The notes: a model not told the origin generated them from the sequence alone. DNA of 64,000 bases from Scyliorhinus canicula (GCF_902713615.1 NC_052151.1:201589703-201653702); one strand, 5' to 3'. Positions 25,229 to 37,220 are shown, counted from the first letter of the stretch. Program-made: numbers and translations.

Positions 25229-25264
25229 GAGTAACTCTCTCAATTGAAACTGCAAAATACTCAC

Positions 25265-25594
25265 CATAAACCTGGAGAGAAAGTTGTTTTTTATGAACAC
25301 TTGATGCCACCACGGACACAGTGTAAATCCCTTCATCGATTCTTTCGAGTGCATTTATCTGAAGTGTAAAATTCACAAACATTTGGACTCTTCCTGCGAA
25401 TCTGCTTGGAAAGATCTTTGTTCTGTCAGTGCTGGTGTCATATCGGATGACAACGATTTCAGAGCTTCCTGTGAATCTCCAGATGATTTCTGCACCGTTT
25501 GGGATTGGGTCAATTTCCACAGGTAACCACACAGAATGTCCCAGGCTCCCATTCACTGGATAATCTGGAGTTATAACATTCACTTCACCAAGAC
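25265..25594 (-). CDS. CD2/SLAM-family receptor copy A, IgV exon
   Basis: Acceptor ttttccatttgaag, donor GTGAGT, 330 nt, phase 1-1. Encodes LGEVNVITPDY...IIWRF...FTLQINALERIDEGIYTVSV...LSLQVY: a V-set fold with the C-strand Trp and DxGxY motif but no Cys, typical of CD2/SLAM N-terminal domains. Confidence 0.92.
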
Positions 25595-25767
25595 CTTCAA
25601 ATGGAAAACATGAAACATACTTTTACTGTCAATCTCTCCCACACACACAAAATCATTTAGATTAGGTCTGTGTCTCTGTCATTGAAACTTGGGGAACATC
25701 ACAGATAACGGAGCAGTGATTGAAAAGGCAGCAATTGGAGACAATTCTCCAGAGATCAGCAGCTGAG

Positions 25768-28700
25768 ACAGAGGGTCAGTACTGAGGCAGTGCTGCACTG
25801 TCAGAGGGTCAGTACTGAGGGAGTGCTGCACTGTCAGAGGGTCAGTACTGAGGGAGCGCGGAACTGTCAGAGGGTCAGTAATGAGGGAGGGCTGCACTGA
25901 CAGAGGGTCAGTACTGAGGGAGAGCTGCACTGTCAGAGGGTCAGTACTGAGGGAGCGCTGCACTGTCAGAGGGTCAGTACTGAGGGAGCGCTGCACTGTC
26001 AGAGGGTCAGTACTGAGGGAGTGCTGCACTGTCAGATGGTCAGTACTGAGGGAGTGCCGCACTGTCAGAGGGTCAGTACTGAGGGAGGGCTGCACTTTCA
26101 GAGGGTTAGTACTGAGGGAGTGCTGCACTGTCAGAGGGTCAGTACTGAGGGAGGGCTGCACTGTCAGAGGGTCAGTACTGAGGGAGCGCTGCACTGTCAG
26201 AGGGTCAGTACTGAGGGAGTGCTGCACTGTCAAAGGGTCAGTACTGAGGGAGTGCTGCACTGTCAGAGGGTCAGTACTGAGGGAGTGCTGCATTGTCAGA
26301 GGGTCAGTGCTGAGGGAGTGCCACTCTGTCAGAGGGTCAGTACTGAGGGAGCGCTGCACTGTCAGAGGGTCAGAACTGAGGGAGTGCTGTACTGTGAGAG
26401 GGTGAGTACTGAGGGACTGCTGCACTGTCAGAGGGTCAGTACTGAGGGAGTGCTGCACTGTCAGAGGGTCAGTACTGAGGGAGTGCGGCACTGTCAGACG
26501 GTCAGTACTGAGGGAGTGCTGCACTGTCAGAGGGTCAGTACTCACGGAGTGCTGCACTGTCAGAGGGTCAGTACTGAGGGAGTGCTGCACTGTCAGAGGG
26601 TCAGTACTGAGGGAGTGCTGCACTGTCAGAGGGTCAATACTGAGGGAGTGCTGCACTGTCAGAGGGTCAGTACTGACGGAGCGCTGCACTGTCAGAGGGT
26701 CAGTACTGAGGGAGTGCTGCACTGTCAGAGGGTCAGTACTGAGAGAGCGCTGCACTGTCAGAGGGTCAGTACTGAGGGAGTGCTGCACTGTCAGAGGGTC
26801 AGTACTGAGGGAGTGCTGCACTGTCAGAGTGTCAGTACTGAGGGAGTGCTGCACTGTCAGAGGGTCAGTACTGAGGGAGTGCTGCACTGTCAGAGGGTCA
26901 GTACTGAGGGAGTGCTGCACTGTCAGAGGGTCAGTACTGAGGGAGCGCGGAACTGTCAGAGGGTCAGTACTGAGGGAGGGCTGCACTGACAGAGGGTCAG
27001 TATTGAGGGAGTGCTACACTGTCAGAGGGTCAGTACTGAGGGAGCGCTGCACTGTCAAAGGGTCAGTACTGAGGGAGTGCCGCACTGTCAGAGGTCAGTA
27101 CTGAGGGAGGGCTGCACTGTCAGAGGGTTAGTACTGAGGGAGTGCTGCACTGTCAGAGGGTCAGTACTGAGGGAGGGCTGCACTGTCAGAGGGTCAGTAC
27201 TGAGGGAGCGCTGCACTGTCAGAGGGTCAGTACTGAGGGAGTGCTGCACTGTCAAAGGGTCAGTACTGAGGGAGTGCTGCACTGTCAGAGGGTCAGTACT
27301 GAGGGAGTGCTGCACTGTCAGAGGGTCAGTGCTGAGGGAGTGCCATTCTGTCAGAGGGTCAGTACTGAGGGAGCGCTGCACTGTCAGAGGGTCAGTACTG
27401 AGGGAGTGCTGTACTGTGAGAGGGTCAGTACTGAGGGACTGCTGCACTGTCAGAGGGTCAGTACTGAGGGAGTGCTGCACTGTCAGAGGGTCAGTACTGA
27501 GGGAGTGCGGCACTGTCAGAGGGTCAGTACTGAGGGAGTGCTGCACTGTCAGAGGGTCAGTACTCACGGAGTGCTGCACTGTCAGAGGGTCAGTACTGAG
27601 GGAGTGCTGCACTGTCAGAGGGTCAGTACTGAGGGAGTGCTGCACTGTCAGAGGGTCAGTACTGAGGGAGTGCTGCACTGTCAGGGAGTCAGTACTGAGG
27701 GAGTGCTGCACTGTCAGAGGGTCAGTACTGAGGGAGTGCTGCACTGTCAGAGGGTCAGTACTGAGGGAGTGCTGCACTGTCAGAGGGTCAGTACTGAGGG
27801 AGTGCTGCACTGTCAGAGGGTCAGTACTGAGGGAGCTGCACTGTCAGAGGGTCAGTACTGAGCGAGTGCTGCACTCTCAGAGGGTCAGTACTGAGCGAGT
27901 CCTGCACTGTCAGAGGGTCAGTACTGAGGGAGCGCTGCACTGTCAGAGGGTCAGTACTGAGGGAGCTGCACTGTCAGAGGGTCGGTACTGAGGGAGTGCT
28001 GCACTGTCAGAGGGTCAGTACTGAGGGAGAGCTGCACTGTCAGAGGGTCAGTACTGAGGGAGTGCTGCACTGTCAGAGGGTCAGTACTGAGGGAGTGCTG
28101 CACTGTCAGAGGGTCAGTACTGAGAGAGTGCTGCACTGTCAGAGGGTCAGTACTGAGCGAGTCCTGCACTGTCAGAGGGTCAGTACTGAGGGAGCGCTGC
28201 ACGGTCAGAGGGTCAGTACTGAGCGAGTGCTGCTCTGTCAGAGGGTCAGTACTGAGGGAGTGCTACACTGTCAGGGTCAGTACTGAGGGAGTGCTGCACT
28301 GTCAGAGGGTCGGTACTGAGGGAGTGCTTCACTGTCAGAGGGTCAGTACTGAGGGAGTGCTGCACTGTCAGAGGGTCAGTACTGAGCGAGTGCTGCACTC
28401 TCAGAGGGTCAGTACTGAACGAGTCCTGCACTGTCAGACGGTCAGTACTGAGGGAGCGCTGCACGGTCAGAGGGTCAGTACTGAGCGAGTGCTGCTCTGT
28501 CAGAGGGTCAGTACTGAGGGAGCGCTGCACGGTCAGAGGGTCAGTACTGAGGGAGTGCTGCACTGTCAGAGAGTCAGCACTGAGGGAGTGCTGCACTGTC
28601 AGAGGGTTAGAAATGAGGGAGTGCTGCACTGTCAGAGGGTCAGTACTGAGTGAGTGCTGCACTGTCAGAGGGTTAGAACTGAGGGAGTGCTGCACTGTCA

Positions 28701-31700
28701 GAGGGTCAGTACTGAGTGAGTGCTGCACTGTCAGAGGGTCAGTACTGAGTGAGTGCTGCACTGTCAGAGGGTCAGTACTGAGGGAGTGCTACACTGTCAG
28801 GGTCAGTACTGAGGGAGTGCTGCACTGTCAGAGGGTCGGTACTGAGGGAGTGCTGCACTGTCAGAGAGTCAGTACTGAGGGAGTGCTGCACTGTCAGAGG
28901 GTCAGTACTGAGCGAGTGCTGCACTCTCAGAGGGTCAGTACTGAGCGAGTCCTGCACAGTCAGAGGGTCAGTACTGAGGGAGCGCTGCACGGTCAGAGGG
29001 TCAGTACTGAGCGAGTGCTGCTCTGTCAGAGGGTCAGTACTGAGGGAGCTGCACTGTCAGAGGGTCAGTACTGAGGGAGGGCTGCACTGTCAGAGGGTCA
29101 GTACTGAGGGAGCGCTGCACTGTCAGAGGGTCAGTACTGAGGGAGTGCTGCACTGTCAAAGGGTCAGTACTGAGGGAGTGCTGCACTGTCAGAGGGTCAG
29201 TACTGAGGGAGTGCTGCACTGTCAGAGGGTCAGTGCTGAGGGAGTGCCATTCTGTCAGAGGGTCAGTACTGAGGGAGCGCTGCACTGTCAGAGGGTCAGT
29301 ACTGAGGGAGTGCTGTACTGTGAGAGGGTCAGTACTGAGGGACTGCTGCACTGTCAGAGGGTCAGTACTGAGGGAGTGCTGCACTGTCAGAGGGTCAGTA
29401 CTGAGGGAGTGCGGCACTGTCAGAGGGTCAGTACTGAGGGAGTGCTGCACTGTCAGAGGGTCAGTACTCACGGAGTGCTGCACTGTCAGAGGGTCAGTAC
29501 TGAGGGAGTGCTGCACTGTCAGAGGGTCAGTACTGAGGGAGTGCTGCACTGTCAGAGGGTCAGTACTGAGGGAGTGCTGCACTGTCAGGGAGTCAGTACT
29601 GAGGGAGTGCTGCACTGTCAGAGGGTCAGTACTGAGGGAGTGCTGCACTGTCAGAGGGTCAGTACTGAGGGAGTGCTGCACTGTCAGAGGGTCAGTACTG
29701 AGGGAGTGCTGCACTGTCAGAGGGTCAGTACTGAGGGAGCTGCACTGTCAGAGGGTCAGTACTGAGCGAGTGCTGCACTCTCAGAGGGTCAGTACTGAGC
29801 GAGTCCTGCACTGTCAGAGGGTCAGTACTGAGGGAGCGCTGCACTGTCAGAGGGTCAGTACTGAGGGAGCTGCACTGTCAGAGGGTCGGTACTGAGGGAG
29901 TGCTGCACTGTCAGAGGGTCAGTACTGAGGGAGAGCTGCACTGTCAGAGGGTCAGTACTGAGGGAGTGCTGCACTGTCAGAGGGTCAGTACTGAGGGAGT
30001 GCTGCACTGTCAGAGGGTCAGTACTGAGAGAGTGCTGCACTGTCAGAGGGTCAGTACTGAGCGAGTCCTGCACTGTCAGAGGGTCAGTACTGAGGGAGCG
30101 CTGCACGGTCAGAGGGTCAGTACTGAGCGAGTGCTGCTCTGTCAGAGGGTCAGTACTGAGGGAGTGCTACACTGTCAGGGTCAGTACTGAGGGAGTGCTG
30201 CACTGTCAGAGGGTCGGTACTGAGGGAGTGCTTCACTGTCAGAGGGTCAGTACTGAGGGAGTGCTGCACTGTCAGAGGGTCAGTACTGAGCGAGTGCTGC
30301 ACTCTCAGAGGGTCAGTACTGAACGAGTCCTGCACTGTCAGACGGTCAGTACTGAGGGAGCGCTGCACGGTCAGAGGGTCAGTACTGAGCGAGTGCTGCT
30401 CTGTCAGAGGGTCAGTACTGAGGGAGCGCTGCACGGTCAGAGGGTCAGTACTGAGGGAGTGCTGCACTGTCAGAGAGTCAGCACTGAGGGAGTGCTGCAC
30501 TGTCAGAGGGTTAGAAATGAGGGAGTGCTACACTGTCAGGGTCAGTACTGAGGGAGTGCTGCACTGTCAGAGGGTCAGTACTGAGGGAGCGCGGAACTGT
30601 CAGAGGGTCAGTACTGAGGGAGGGCTGCACTGACAGAGGGTCAGTACTGAGGGAGTGCTGCACTGTCAGAGGGTCAGTACTGAGGGAGTGCTGCACTGTC
30701 AAAGGGTCAGTACTGAGGGAGTGCTGCACTGTCAGAGGGTCAGTACTGAGGGAGTGCTGCACTGTCAGAGGGTCAGTGCTGAGGGAGTGCCACTCTGTTA
30801 GAGGGTCAGTACTGAGGGAGCGCTGCACTGTCAGATGGTCAGTACTGAGGGAGTGCTGTATTGTGAGAGGTTCAGTATTGAGGGAGTGCTGCACTGTCAG
30901 AGGGTCAGTACTGAGGGAGTGCGGCACTGTCAGAGGGTCAGTACTGAGGGAGTGCTGCACTGTCAGAGGGTCCGTACTGAGGGAGTGCCGCACTGTCAGA
31001 GGGTCAGTACTGAGGGAGTGCTGCACTTTCAGATGGTCAGTACTGAGGGAGTGCTGCACTGTCAGAGGGTCAGTACTGAGGGAGTGCTGCAATGTCAGAG
31101 GGTCAGTACTGAGGGAGCGCTGCACTGTCAGAGGGTCAGTACTGAGGGAGTGCTGCACTGTCAGAGGGTCAGTACTGAGGGAGCGCTGCACTGTCAGAGG
31201 GTCAGTACTGAGGGAGTGCCGCACTGTCAGAGGGTCAGTACTGAGGGAGTGCTGCACTGTCAGAGGGTCAGTACTGAGCGAGTGCTGCACTGTCAGAGGG
31301 TCAGTACTGAGGGAGTGCTGCACTGTCAGAGGGTCAGTACTGAGGGAGTGCTGCACTGTCAGAGGGTCAGTACTGAGCGAGTGCTGCACTCTCAGAGGGT
31401 CAGTACTGAGCGAGTCCTGCACTGTCAGAGGGTCAGTACTGAGGGAGCGCTGCTCTGTCAGAGGGTCAGTACTGAGGGAGCTGCACTGTCAGAGGGTCGG
31501 TACTGAGGGAGTGCTGCACTGTCAGAGGGTCAGTACTGAGGGAGTGCTGCACTCTCAGAGGGTCAGTACTGAGCGAGTCCTGCACTGTCAGAGGGTCAGT
31601 ACTGAGGGAGCGCTGCACGGTCAGAGGGTCAGTACTGAGCGAGTGCTGCTCTGTCAGAGGGTCAGTACTGAGGGAGTGCTACACTGTCAGGGTCAGTACT

Positions 31701-32668
31701 GAGGGAGTGCTGCACTGTCAGAGGGTCGGTACTGAGCGAGTGCTGCACTCTCAGAGGGTCAGTACTGAGCGAGTGCTGCTCTGTCAGAGGGTCAGTACTG
31801 AGGGAGCGCTGCACGGTCAGAGGGTCAGTACTGAGGGAGTGCTGCACTGTCAGAGAGTCAGCACTGAGGGAGTGCTGCACTGTAAGAGGGTTAGAAATAA
31901 GGGAGTGCTGCACTGTCAGAGGGTCAGTACTGAGTGAGTGCTGCACTGTCAGAGGGTTAGAACTGAGGGAGTGCTGCACTGTCAGAGGGTCAGTACTGAG
32001 TGAGTGCTGCACTGTCAGAGGGTCAGTACTGAGGGCGTGCTACACTGTCAGGGTCAGTACTGAGGGAGTGCTGCACTGTCAGAGGGTCGGTACTGAGGGA
32101 GTGCTGCACTGTCAGAGAGTCAGTACTGAGGGAGTGCTGCACTGTCAGAGGGTCAGTACTGAGCAAGTGCTGCACTCTCAGAGGGTCAGTACTGAGCGAG
32201 TCCTGCACTGTCAGAGGGTCAGTACTGAGGGAGCGCTGCACGGTCAGAGGGTCAGTACTGAGCGAGTGCTGCTCTGTCAGAGGGTCAGTACTGAGGGAGC
32301 GCTGCACGGTCAGAGGGTCAGTACTGAGGGAGTGCTGCACTGTCTGAGAGTCAGCACTGAGGGAGTGCTGCACTGTCAGAGGGTCAGTATTGAGGGAGTG
32401 CTGCACTGTCAGAGGGTCAGTACTGAGGGTGTGCTGCACTGTCAGAGGGTCAGTACTGAGGGAGTGCTGCACTGTCAGAGGGTCAGTACTGAGGGAGTGT
32501 GGCACTGTCAGAGGGTCAGTACTGAGGGAGTGCTGCACTGTCAGAGGGTCAGTGCTGAGGGAGTGCTGCACTGTCAGAGGGTCAGTGCTGAGGGAGTGCT
32601 GCACTGTCAGAGGGTCAGTACTGAGGGAGCGCTGCACTGTCAGAGGGTCAGTACTGAGTGAGTGCTGC
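25768..32668. repeat. 6.9-kb 33-bp satellite in intron 1 of copy A
   Basis: Unit actgagggagtgctgcactgtcagagggtcagt; contains higher-order duplications. Confidence 0.98.
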
Positions 32669-32862
32669 CCTGTCATTAGCAGTCTCCATGCTGCTAAGTG
32701 GATGTGGAACAATCCCTGGGACTGTTTGAAGGAAGTGCTCCGGATTCATCCCCAGCGAATACTCCATGAACGTCACTTACAATGACAGACTACTGGTTAG
32801 CACCTTAGTACATTGTGGGATCTTTTGTGTACAATGTTGCTGAGATTTCCAGAGCTACAGAG

Positions 32863-33266
32863 TGTCATAATAAACACACAAGTATATGATGGTGCAGAGA
32901 CACACACTGACTGACACAGTTCAAGACCAATCAACACACAGAACACAGCAGCCAATCACCAGACAGGACACGGCCACTATAAAGCCAGGGGGCACTAGCT
33001 TTCCCGCTCATTCGGGATGCAGCCTCTGAGACAGCCAGAGCCCGTGATCAGCAACACAAACATCCACCATGTGGTAGTAAGATAGTCTGGTCAGGTTAGC
33101 CTCAGGTCTCCAGTCAACATAGCATAGTGTCAACCCACAGGGCAAGTATGTTTAACAGCTCATCGTTAAATAAAATAGAGTTTTACTTCTCCAAGTGTTG
33201 GTAGCCTGTCTCTCTCACTGCTCTGGTAAACGCAGTCCTCGCAGACCCAGCTTACCCAACACATCA
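32863..33266 (+). mobile_element. Solo LTR with 5-bp TSD CAGAG
   Basis: TG...CA termini; CAGAG at 32858-32862 and 33267-33271; related to 3928-4311. Confidence 0.9.
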
Positions 33267-34304
33267 CAGAGTTCACAATCTCAGAACTGCCGGTCGGCTA
33301 CTTTGAGTTGAAATGAGGAGAAATTTCTTCACCTGCAGAGGGGTTGTGAATATTTGGAGTTATCTACCCCCCAGGGGGTTGTTGTTGCAATAAAAACAGA
33401 AAAATACTGAGGAACCCCTCCAGTGATTGTGGAGACAGAGTGTGGATTCCCCTGAGGAAGGAGCAGTGCTCCGAAAGCTAGTGATTGCAAACAAACCTGT
33501 TGGACTTTAACCTGGTGTTGTCAGACTCCTCACGGTGGAGACAGAAACGGAGATAACTATTCGAGTCCTTATGACTCTTCTTCTGAGCTGAAGAGAGGGG
33601 GGGAATGTGGTGGATTTTATCATGTTTAAGGGGAGGGGGCGGGGAGTAAAACAGAAGGTCCGTGATAGGTGGGAGCTGGGAGGGATTGCCCTATGATGTC
33701 ATGGGGACAAGACAGGGGAAGTGTTAACGACAGTGTTACAGACTGGAGAAGGTGGCAATAGTGGCAGAAAGGCAAGATGGCAGAAACGGAGGGGACGGGG
33801 TGGTGGTGGTGGGGGGGGGGGGGGGGGTATATTTTTCAAGACTGTATTTCGGGCAGTGAAGGAATCAGGGAATGTGGGACAGTTCAGGAAAGTAGAGTTG
33901 TGGTAGATTAGGGATGATCAGGAATAGAAAGATTCCAAAAGGCTGATGGATCACCGACTGCTCTGTCTCGGGGCTGGGAATTCCGGAGGGTAGGTGTTGT
34001 ACAAAAGCAAAACACTGCGGATGCTGGAGGTTTCCGATCAAAGTGAAAATGCTGGAAGTGCTCAGCCGGCCTGGCCGTATCTGTGCAAAGAGAGCAACAG
34101 AGTTAATGGTTCAGGTTGACGGGCGTGATCAGAACAAAGAATAACAGGAATTGTAATGGGTTTACGTTAAGTGGAAGGGGGTTCAGGGGATGGGGGAACA
34201 GAGGGAAGGCCTGTGATTGGTCAACGCAGTGGCCATCACTGCTGCCTCACAGCGCCAGGGTCCCGGGTTCAATTCCAGCCTTCGGGTGACTGTGTGGTTT
34301 GTCC

Positions 34305-34719
34305 TGTCAATGATATGCAGACATGCAGATAATGATATACAGTCAGACACAGACAGGCAGCTAATGGACACAGAGAACAGGACATGACCAATGAGCAGGC
34401 AGGACACTCAGGGGTGGTATCTCACTATAAAAGGCACGAGGCGTTCACACTCCGCCTCTTTCCACTGATGAACATCTACAGAGTGAGTCAGGGTGTATGT
34501 ACAGTATCACACCTCCAGCACATGGCTAAGAACTAGTCTGGTTCAGTCAGACAGAGTAACCACACTTAGGGTAGTAGAGATTCGAACTCATAGAGAACTG
34601 TGCTAACTGTGCTACTGGTTCAATAAATCAGATTGAACTAACTTCCAGGTCTGGAGTATCTTTTGGTTAAAGCTGCATCTAGTTGCAGCCTGTGTTACCC
34701 CAGAGTACATAACACAACA
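34305..34719 (+). mobile_element. Solo LTR interrupting a V-SINE
   Basis: TG...CA, TATAAAA and AATAAA. SINE head 34225-34304 resumes at 34720; TSD not clear. Confidence 0.75.
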
Positions 34720-34784
34720 CGGTCTTTATCCCCATTTCTGCCTGGGTTTCCTCCGGGTGCTCCGGTTTCCTCCCGCAGTCCAAA

Positions 34785-35412
34785 GATGTGCAGGTTAGGT
34801 GGATTGGCCATGATCATTGTGTGGTGTTCCGGGGATAGGGCGGGGGCGTGGACCTAACCAGGGTGCTCTTTTGGATGATGGACAGGGTCGATGGGCTGAA
34901 AGGCCTTCTGTACTATAGGAGTTCTATGAATCTAAAACTGGAGAGATTAAAAGAAAAAAAAAGAGTTGGCGGTGCTCCCCCAAAGGAAGTGGTAACGGGT
35001 CAACGGTGACTGTGTGGAGTTTGTCCTTTCTCCCCGTGTCTGCGTGGGTTTCCTCCGAGTGCTCCGGATTCTTCCCACTGGCAGAGATGTGCAGGTTAGC
35101 TGGATTGGCCATGATCATTGTGTGGTGTTCCGGGGATAGGGCGGGGGCGTGGACCTAACCAGGGTGCTCTTTTGGATGATGGACAGGGTCGATGGGCTGA
35201 AAGGCCTTCTGTACTATAGGAGTTCTATGAATCTAAAACTGGAGAGATTAAAAGAAAAAAAAAGAGTTGGCGGTGCTCCCCCAAAGGAAGTGGTAACGGG
35301 TCAACGGTGACTGTGTGGAGTTTGTCCTTTCTCCCCGTGTCTGCGTGGGTTTCCTCCAAGTGCTCCGGATTCTTCCCACTGGCAGAGATGTGCAGGTTAG
35401 CTGGATTGGCCA
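34785..35412 (+). repeat. 301-bp tandem duplication of SINE-containing sequence
   Basis: gatgtgcaggttag recurs at 34785, 35086 and 35387; near-identical ORFs at 34924 and 35225. Confidence 0.9.
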
Positions 35413-36089
35413 TGATAAATGTGTAGGATTAAGGGGTGGGGCGGGGAGTGAACCTCGATAGTGTTCTCTTTCGGAGGGTCGAATGGCCGTCTGCACTGTA
35501 GGAGTTCTATGAGTCAAAAACTGGAGACATTAAATTATAAAACAAAGTGTTGCCGGTGCTCAGTCAAAGGAAGGGGTAACAGGTCAATAAAGAAACAAAA
35601 GGATGTATCGCGTGCAGGCGAGGGAGTGATGAACGGCTGACAGACAAAAGCAAAAAGTGGAGACAAACAGAAATGAACTGGAAACCCATAAAGAAAAAGG
35701 AACCAAATTGGGGAGAGAGATTCTGACCCGTTTGAATCTGAGATTGACAGGTTTAATCTATCGAGAGATAATGGGAGAAATGTGAGGGAAATGGAGTTTG
35801 GTGGAATGGACACAGAATGGCTTCCTTATATTCCGGTCTATATTCGTACGGAAGGCACAACAGAAATAGACATCTTTCCCTCCTTCCTGCCTCTCCAGAG
35901 ATGCCTGGAAGGGGGCTGGAGACATGGAGACTGTGATATTGCTGCCCCAAACCCCACCCAATCCCCACTGACACCGTCCCCCGCGACTCTCTGAGCTCAG
36001 GACTCTCCCAGAGCAGTTACAGGCCGACAGCAGGAAACCTGGTGGTTTTATTCAGCTTCCTCCCAGCGTAGTTCACAAGCGAATGGCAT

Positions 36090-36400
36090 CAAAATGGAAA
36101 TCGAGAGAGAGAGAGAGAGACAGACTGAGGCAGAGAGGGAGAGAAGCAGGAGAAAATACAGAGAGCGAGAAAAGGGGAGCGAGAAAAGGGGAGAGAGAAA
36201 AGAGGAAGAGAAAAAAGGGGGAGAGAGAGAAAAGGGGGAGTGAGAAAAGAGGAGGAGAAAAAGGGGGAGAGAGAGAATCGGGGAGAGAGAAAAGAGGAAG
36301 AGAAAAGGGGAAGAGAATCGACGGAGAAAAGGGTGGAGAGAAAACGGAGCAAAAGAAAGGGGAGAGGGAGGGAGCGAGAGAAGGAAGTTAAGGAATGACA
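36090..36400 (+). repeat. GA-rich low-complexity tract with a unique head
   Basis: caaaatggaaatcgagagag...gactgaggcagagag; inverted homologue at 20505-20682. Confidence 0.8.
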
Positions 36401-36611
36401 GAGATGGAACGAATGCGAGGAAGAGTCAGAGGGAAGGGACTGATAAATGGGAGTTGACAAGTGGATGGAGAGGGCTCAGGGTGAGGAAGACAGGGGATTG
36501 TCTTGTCTCGCCGCTCTGACAGCGAGCAGGCAGTGGGGGAAGGTCTGGTAAAGACACGTTCAAGGCTGCTGACAGGGTGCCTGAGACAGGAATCCAACAA
36601 CAGGTTCTTAC

Positions 36612-36669
36612 CGGCAGACAGAAGAGGAAGCAGGAGGAAAACCCGGGCTCTGAGACAACAAGCTGCCAT
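36612..36669 (-). CDS. CD2/SLAM-family receptor copy A, exon 1 (signal peptide)
   Basis: ATG at 36669 reads MAACCLRARVFLLLPLLSA-G then a GTAAGA donor (phase 1). It joins the IgV exon in frame to give ...LLSAGLGEVNVIT, a hydrophobic leader. The link spans an 11-kb intron and is inferred. Confidence 0.75.
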
Positions 36670-36745
36670 TTCACCCCCACCAGATCCGATCTAGCACCAG
36701 CCAGGCTGGAGCCCGGCACCGGAGAAGGAAGGGAAAATGCGGAGA

Positions 36746-37044
36746 TGTGACCATCAATTCACACGACATGTGGTTGGAAGTGAACAGTGGTTTAAATAGG
36801 CTTTCAACAGAGCCTGCCTGCGACGTGATGAACTGGCAAGTTCATCACGACTGCCAAGCTTTATAATTCCGGTTAGTGGGAGGAGCCATGGGCGGAGCCA
36901 TGGGCGGAGCCAAGGGTAGAGCCCAGTACAAACTCCTCATCTCCCCACATGGGAAGAGCCGCGCAATTGCTCGTATACCGAGCTTACGTAGACACAGTAC
37001 ATCATATATAACAGTGTGAATTCCACGGACTGTCATTCACCACG
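36746..37044 (-). mobile_element. Solo LTR immediately upstream of the copy A start codon
   Basis: Homologous to 44476-44764 (accatcaattcac...gggcggagccaagggt...cagtgtgaatt...ttcaccac); flanked by ATGCGGAGA on both sides. Confidence 0.8.
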
Positions 37045-37206
37045 ATGCGGAGATTGGAACCTCAGACCTATTTACAATAGGCGGGGTTGGTAAAGGGGTA
37101 GGTCACTCTCACAGTCACAGCACTGACATCCTGTGGAATCTTCCAGAAATACGCTCTTCATTTCGTCCATCTCTCTTTAAAAAATACCCAACCATCGAAA
37201 CCTCTG

Positions 37207-37220
37207 ACCACAGCTGTGGT
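37207..37220. promoter_or_regulatory. Palindromic RUNX/E-box/RUNX element (ACCACAGCTGTGGT)
   Basis: Perfect 14-bp palindrome with ACCACA, CAGCTG and TGTGGT, about 540 bp upstream of the copy A ATG. Function inferred. Confidence 0.45.

Noticed and set aside
24693-25583. Single-exon 296-aa protein as given by the ORF track (and 336 aa at 58919-59929)
   Set aside because: The ORF runs through an intron with strong splice sites and its start is an alternative GTG inside the IgV exon; the spliced model fits both paralogues.
25679-32785. Long ORFs (LHCQRVSTEGV)n, (QHSLSTDPLTV)n and (RECCTVRGSVL)n, also at 60024-63636
   Set aside because: Artefacts of a 33-bp unit that is stop-poor in several frames; intronic, with no splice or domain signal. 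Not zinc fingers.
33380-34140. Possible additional exons in intron 1
   Set aside because: The segments resemble Penelope-type terminal fragments also seen at 1610-1715, 9690-9780, 22540-22650, 53130-53240 and 54000-54110; no convincing exon.
36083-36460. Lys/Arg/Glu-rich ORF
   Set aside because: Low-complexity GA tract.
8123-36669. Assigning a specific symbol (CD2, CD48, CD58, SLAMF1-9)
   Set aside because: The family is recognisable but orthology cannot be established without a phylogeny.
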